A stretch of 64,000 nt of DNA from an uncultured Acidobacteriota bacterium (GTDB taxonomy: Bacteria > Acidobacteriota > Thermoanaerobaculia > UBA5066 > Gp7-AA6), in the NCBI GenBank assembly GCA_963782815.1, contig CAWALG010000030.1, positions 41,187 to 105,186 of the forward strand, read 5' to 3'. Below, piece by piece: positions 60,589 through 64,000 of the stretch. The first letter of the stretch is position 1; every line of letters starts with the position of its first letter. A program made the translations under genes and the position numbers. Below the pieces are notes generated by a model. It worked only from the letters and a program-made list of their open reading frames with translations, had not been told where the DNA came from and did no database searches.

Positions 60589-62097
60589 CTAGGAGGTCTC
60601 CGCGGCGATCGCCGGCGCGGCCTCGATGGTCTCGCGCGAAGGGCTCAGTCCCCAGTAGAGCGCGCCGGAGACGAAGAAGCCGACGAACCAGGCGTAGGAA
60701 TAGAGGGGCTTCAAGGGCGGCACGACGAGGCCGCCCCACGCGAGCGCGCAGCCGGCGAGCGTCGCGAACACCGCCCTCCAGTTCCAGCCGCCGGCGTAGC
60801 GGTACACGCCGTGCGTCAGGTAGAGGTCCTCGAGCCTCAGGCGCTTCTTCCGCACCAGCCAGTAATCGGCGATGAGCACGCCGGCGATGGAGCCCAGGCC
60901 TCCCGAGTAGCCGAGCAGCCAGGTGAAGATGTAGCCGGAAGCGTCGGAGAGCAGCCTCCACGGCTGCATCAGGATGCCGAGGATGCCCGTGATCAGGCCG
61001 CCGGTCTTGAATCGGATCCATCGCGGAAAGGCGTTGGAAAAATCGTTCGCCGGAGAGACGACGTTGGCGGCGATGTTGACGGCGAGAGTCGCGACGACCG
61101 CGGTGAACATGGAGATCGCGACGACGATCGGAGCCTTGAACTTCCCGACGAGCTGGACCGGGTCCCAGATCGCCTGGCCGTAGATCAGGACCGTGGCGCT
61201 CGTGATCATGACGCCCATCGCCGCGAAGACCGACATCGTCGTCGGCAGGGCCACGACCTGGCCGACGATCTGCTCGCGCTGGCTGCGTCCGAAGCGCGTG
61301 AAGTCGGGCATGTTCAGGGAGAGCGTCGCCCAGTACCCGATCATGGCGGTCAGCGACGGGATGAAGACGGGAAGGAACTCCGCGAGCGTCGAGAACTTCC
61401 CGCGCTGCGCCAGAAGCGGCCCGAACCCGTGCGCCTGGCGCACGGCCCAGACGAGAAGAACCGCCGCCATGACGAGAACGAAGGGTGCGGCCCAGTTCTC
61501 GACCTTGCGCAGCAGGTCCATGCCGCGGTAGATGATGAAGACGTTCAACCCCCAGAAGAGGAGGAAGGAGAGCCACTCGGTGTTGGTGTGTCCGCCGGGC
61601 CCCTGGCCGAGCAGGCCGGGGAAGGATGGGATCAGGCTCGCGAAGAACGTGTAGAGCGCCTCGCCGCCGATCCACGACTGGATCCCGAACCACCCGCACG
61701 CGACGATCGCGCGCATGAGCGCCGGCAGGTTCGAGCCGAGCGTGCCGTAGGAGGCGCGCGCGAAGACCGGAAAGGGGATCCCGTACTTCGTTCCCGGGTG
61801 CGAGTTCAGGAGGATCGGCGCGAGGACGATCGTGTTGCCGAGGAGGATCGTGATCAGGGCCTGCCACCAGTTCATTCCCGCCGACATGAGCCCCGAGGCG
61901 AGCATGTAGGTCGGGATGCAGTGAGCCATGCTGATCCAGAGAGCGGCGTAGTTGTAGGTCGTCCAGTTGCGGCGGGCGATCGGGACCGGCGCGAGGTCCT
62001 TGTTGTAGAGCGGGCTCGCCTCGATCCGCGTCGGATCGATGAGCTCGACGCGCCCGTCCCCGTGCTGCTTCGTGTTGGGGAACGCCGCCGTTCGCAT
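60589..62097 (-). CDS. NCS1-family nucleobase/allantoin/hydantoin-type cation symporter
   Basis: Intact 502-aa polytopic ORF. NKDLAPVPIARRNWTTYNYAALWISMAHCIPTY and GWFGIQSWIGG are typical NCS1 N-terminal motifs. Confidence 0.85.
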   Translation of the reverse strand: MRTAAFPNTKQHGDGRVELIDPTRIEASPLYNKDLAPVPIARRNWTTYNYAALWISMAHCIPTYMLASGLMSAGMNWWQALITILLGNTIVLAPILLNSHPGTKYGIPFPVFARASYGTLGSNLPALMRAIVACGWFGIQSWIGGEALYTFFASLIPSFPGLLGQGPGGHTNTEWLSFLLFWGLNVFIIYRGMDLLRKVENWAAPFVLVMAAVLLVWAVRQAHGFGPLLAQRGKFSTLAEFLPVFIPSLTAMIGYWATLSLNMPDFTRFGRSQREQIVGQVVALPTTMSVFAAMGVMITSATVLIYGQAIWDPVQLVGKFKAPIVVAISMFTAVVATLAVNIAANVVSPANDFSNAFPRWIRFKTGGLITGILGILMQPWRLLSDASGYIFTWLLGYSGGLGSIAGVLIADYWLVRKKRLRLEDLYLTHGVYRYAGGWNWRAVFATLAGCALAWGGLVVPPLKPLYSYAWFVGFFVSGALYWGLSPSRETIEAAPAIAAETS

Positions 62098-62223
62098 GCC
62101 GCCTCCTGCCTCCCGTTGTCGAGTGACCTCATACTATCGCCCTGTCGCCCGCCGCGTCGGCTGTCTGGCTGTGAGTACGAAGCCATTGATGAGGCGGTGT
62201 TTATCTCTCTCCTTGCCGGATAG

Positions 62224-62247
62224 TTTGATATTTGTCAAAATATCAAA
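62224..62247. promoter_or_regulatory. perfect 10-4-10 AT-rich palindrome, candidate operator of the ArsR/SdpR-like repressor
   Basis: tttgatattt-gtca-aaatatcaaa ends 2 nt before the ATG at 62250. It is the only AT-rich palindrome in the divergent NCS1/arsR intergenic region. Confidence 0.6.
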
Positions 62248-62249
62248 TT

Positions 62250-62549
62250 ATGTCGGCCCAGCAAGTTTTCAAGGCGCTCTCGGATCCAAGCCGGCGCCGG
62301 ATTCTCAAGATCCTGCAGGACGGGTCTCGAACCGCCGGGGAGCTGTCCGACGGCTTCGACATGACCAAGGGCACGCTCTCGCACCACTTCAACGTGCTGA
62401 AGACCGCCGGCCTCGTCCGGTGCGAGAGGCGGGGCCAGCAGATCGTCTACTCGCTCAATACCTCGGTGCTCGAGGATGCGGCCTCGATGCTGCTCGATCT
62501 CTTCGGCCGCAAAGAAACGGAGGCGCGTGATGAAACTCCATCGCGGTGA
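62250..62549 (+). CDS. ArsR/SmtB-family (SdpR-like) transcriptional repressor
   Basis: MSAQQVFKALSDPSRRRILKILQDGSRTAGELSDGFDMTKGTLSHHFNVLKTAGLV is a winged HTH of ArsR type. No metal-binding Cys motif is present. Confidence 0.85.
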   Translation: MSAQQVFKALSDPSRRRILKILQDGSRTAGELSDGFDMTKGTLSHHFNVLKTAGLVRCERRGQQIVYSLNTSVLEDAASMLLDLFGRKETEARDETPSR

Positions 62550-63194
62550 AATCTTCGCACTCGCTCTCGTGCTCGTGGCCTTCGTCGTGACGGGGGCGCT
62601 GTACTCCCGGCTTCCGGAGAGGATCCCGAGCCACTGGAACATCCGCGGCGAAGTGGACTCCTACAGCTCCAAGCCCTTCGGGCCGTTCGTCCTGCCGGCG
62701 GTCATGGCGGGGCTCGCTCTCATCTTCCTCGCCCTGCCCGCGGTCTCGCCCCGAGGCTTCCGCTTCGATCGTTTCCGCGGCGTCTGGGGAGTCCTCCAGT
62801 CCGCGATTCTCGCTCTTCTCCTCCTCGTTCACGCGCTCGTCCTCCTCTCCGCGATGGGGAAGGCCGGTGGACATGACGCGGGGAATCGAGGCCGGCATCG
62901 GCCTCCTTCTCGCCGTCGTCGGAAATTTCTTCGGCAAGCTCACGCGAAACTTCTTCGTGGGCATCCGAACGCCCTGGACGCTCGCCTCGGAAGAAGTCTG
63001 GATGCGGACCCACCGGCTGGCCGGCAAGCTCTTCGTCCTCGCCGGCCTCGCGATGTTCGCCCTCGCGCTCGCGGGCGCGGGGCCGATTTCGATGATGATC
63101 GTCGTCGGCGCGGCCAGCGCTCGTGTCGGTGGTCGCGTCTTACGTGTTCTACCGGCGGATCGAGGGCTTCAAGGAGGAGATCCCCGGGCAATAA
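62530..63194 (+). CDS. DUF1648 + SdpI-family membrane protein (apparent frameshifts near 62870 and 63115)
   Basis: MKLHRGEIFALALVLVAFVVTGALYSRLPERIPSHWNIRGEVD is DUF1648-like. After a frame change, ...GIEAGIGLLLAVVGNFFGKLTRNFFVGIRTPWTLASEEVWMRTHRLAGKLF is the SdpI signature. The tail ...LVSVVASYVFYRRIEGFKEEIPGQ* ends at 63194. Confidence 0.75.
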
Positions 63195-63216
63195 CCCCGC
63201 GCTCTTCCCGGAGCCT

Positions 63217-63310
63217 TCGTCGTGCCCCTCGTGCCGTAGGGGCGGCGCTTGCGGCCGCCCGCCTCTCCCGGTTACGACGCCGCGGGCGAGACGGAGCGAT
63301 CGCCTCGTTA
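63217..63310 (+). repeat. solitary copy of the array-B-type hairpin unit
   Basis: cgtgcccctcgtgccgtaggggcggcgcttgcggccgcccgcctctc...gcgagacgga... matches the reverse complement of the 6868-7345 unit (cgtgcccctcgtgccgtaggggcggcccttgcggccgcccgcctctc...gcgagacgga...). Confidence 0.8.
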
Positions 63311-63371
63311 CCTCACCCTACACACGACGCGCACTCCGCACCGAGCCCTCGCGGTAGCACGACCGGGGCCG

Positions 63372-64000
63372 TCAGGCGGTTTCCGTCCAGAACTGTTCGA
63401 GCAGGTTCTGGCAGACGCGGCGACGGTACTCGGCAGTCGAGCGGATGTCGTCGATCGGCTGGATCTCGCCGGCGAGGTCTCGCGCGCCTCTGCGACCGAG
63501 CCGCCGGCCGACAGGACGGCTTCCGTCCGAGGCAGGCGGATGACGGTCGGAGCCACGCTGCCGAGCGCGATGCGCGGCCGGGGGGCGCGGACCGCCGCCA
63601 TGACGACCTTGGAAATCGCCTGCGCCGCGCGCGTGCCGACCTTCCGGAACCACTGGCGGCCGGGGACGGGCGGGACCTCGACGGCGACGATCAGCTCGTC
63701 CGGCCGCGCCACGCTCTTTCGGTATCCCGTATAGAAGGAATTGAACGGGACCCGCCGCGTCCCTCCCGCGCTCCTCAAGACGAGAATCGCCTCGGCGGCT
63801 GCCAGGACGGGCAGCGTGTCGCCCGCGGGCGAAGCGTTGGCGATGTTGCCTCCGAGCGTCCCGCGATTCTGGATCTGCGACGCCCCCGACCTCCCGCGAC
63901 GCCGCGGCGAGGATCGGCAGCCGCTTGCGAACGAGCGCAGATCGGATCATCCGCGTGTACGTCGCGAGCGCGCCGATCGAGAGCGCGCCGTGCCGCATCT
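63372..64000 (-). CDS. FAD-binding subunit of a xanthine-dehydrogenase/CO-dehydrogenase-family molybdoenzyme (CoxM/XdhB-like), 5' end outside window, apparent frameshifts near 63890 and 63480
   Basis: ASQIQNRGTLGGNIANASPAGDTLPVLAAAEAILVL is the FAD_binding_5 signature. ...RKVGTRAAQAISKVVMA... follows. The C-terminus DIRSTAEYRRRVCQNLLEQFWTETA* is the CO_deh_flav_C-type ending. Confidence 0.8.
   Translation of the reverse strand, partial: MRHGALSIGALATYTRMIRSALVRKRLPILAAASREVGGVADPESRDARRQHRQRFARGRHAARPGSRRGDSRLEERGRDAAGPVQFLLYGIPKERGAAGRADRRRRGPARPRPPVVPEGRHARGAGDFQGRHGGGPRPPAAHRARQRGSDRHPPASDGSRPVGRRLGRRGARDLAGEIQPIDDIRSTAEYRRRVCQNLLEQFWTETA

Noticed and set aside
62098-62223. Riboswitch (TPP/purine-type) in the 5' leader of the NCS1 permease
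   Set aside because: No CUGAGA/THI-box or purine-riboswitch core could be recognised by eye. The only striking element in the region is the AT-rich palindrome attributed to the ArsR-type repressor.

Overview
64-kb high-GC chromosomal window. Sample 60-nt lines give 43/60 G+C at 40441, against 28/60 at 24181 and 30/60 at 38461 inside two low-GC islands. The gene content resembles a soil Acidobacteriota/Gemmatimonadota-type genome; this is inference only.

I can support about 45 protein genes, one tRNA-Asn and several families of GC-rich palindromic repeats.

Genes:
- Five paralogous Ser/Thr kinases fused to PD40/TolB-type beta-propellers or TPRs.
- A BNR/Asp-box sortilin-like protein, Dcp peptidase, a class A beta-lactamase-like hydrolase, VapBC, a PLP decarboxylase and proBA.
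- Two separate DyP-peroxidase loci, each directly preceded by a member of an uncharacterised H[FY][AL]R[WL]V-motif family.
- A haem/flavin cluster: di-haem c-type lipoprotein, GMC oxidoreductase, DyP and a convergent catalase-related protein.
- plsC, a K+-channel-like gene, an SDR, cls, an NCS1 permease, an SdpR/SdpI-like pair and a CoxM-like subunit.
- A low-GC GH25 lysozyme cassette and an orphan phage-tail-like mosaic gene.

Non-genic highlights:
- (i) A 1-kb convergent intergenic gap (6332-7345) is filled by two inverted tandem arrays (108-bp and about 106-bp units). Both carry the same hairpin, with a compensatory stem change between arrays.
- (ii) tRNA-Asn (23578-23653) has its 3' end repeated twice downstream (27655-27679 and 32864-32896). 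The repeats delimit a 4-kb low-GC decayed island and a 5.2-kb DyP/transporter operon.
- (iii) A dispersed structured repeat (R modules, 4 copies) shows covarying hairpins.
- (iv) A roughly 41-nt palindromic element sits inside the decarboxylase CDS.

Caveat: roughly 35 single-base frame disruptions hit even housekeeping genes (proA, dcp). Most broken genes are therefore probably assembly indel errors rather than pseudogenes. Coordinates of starts and of frame junctions are approximate.
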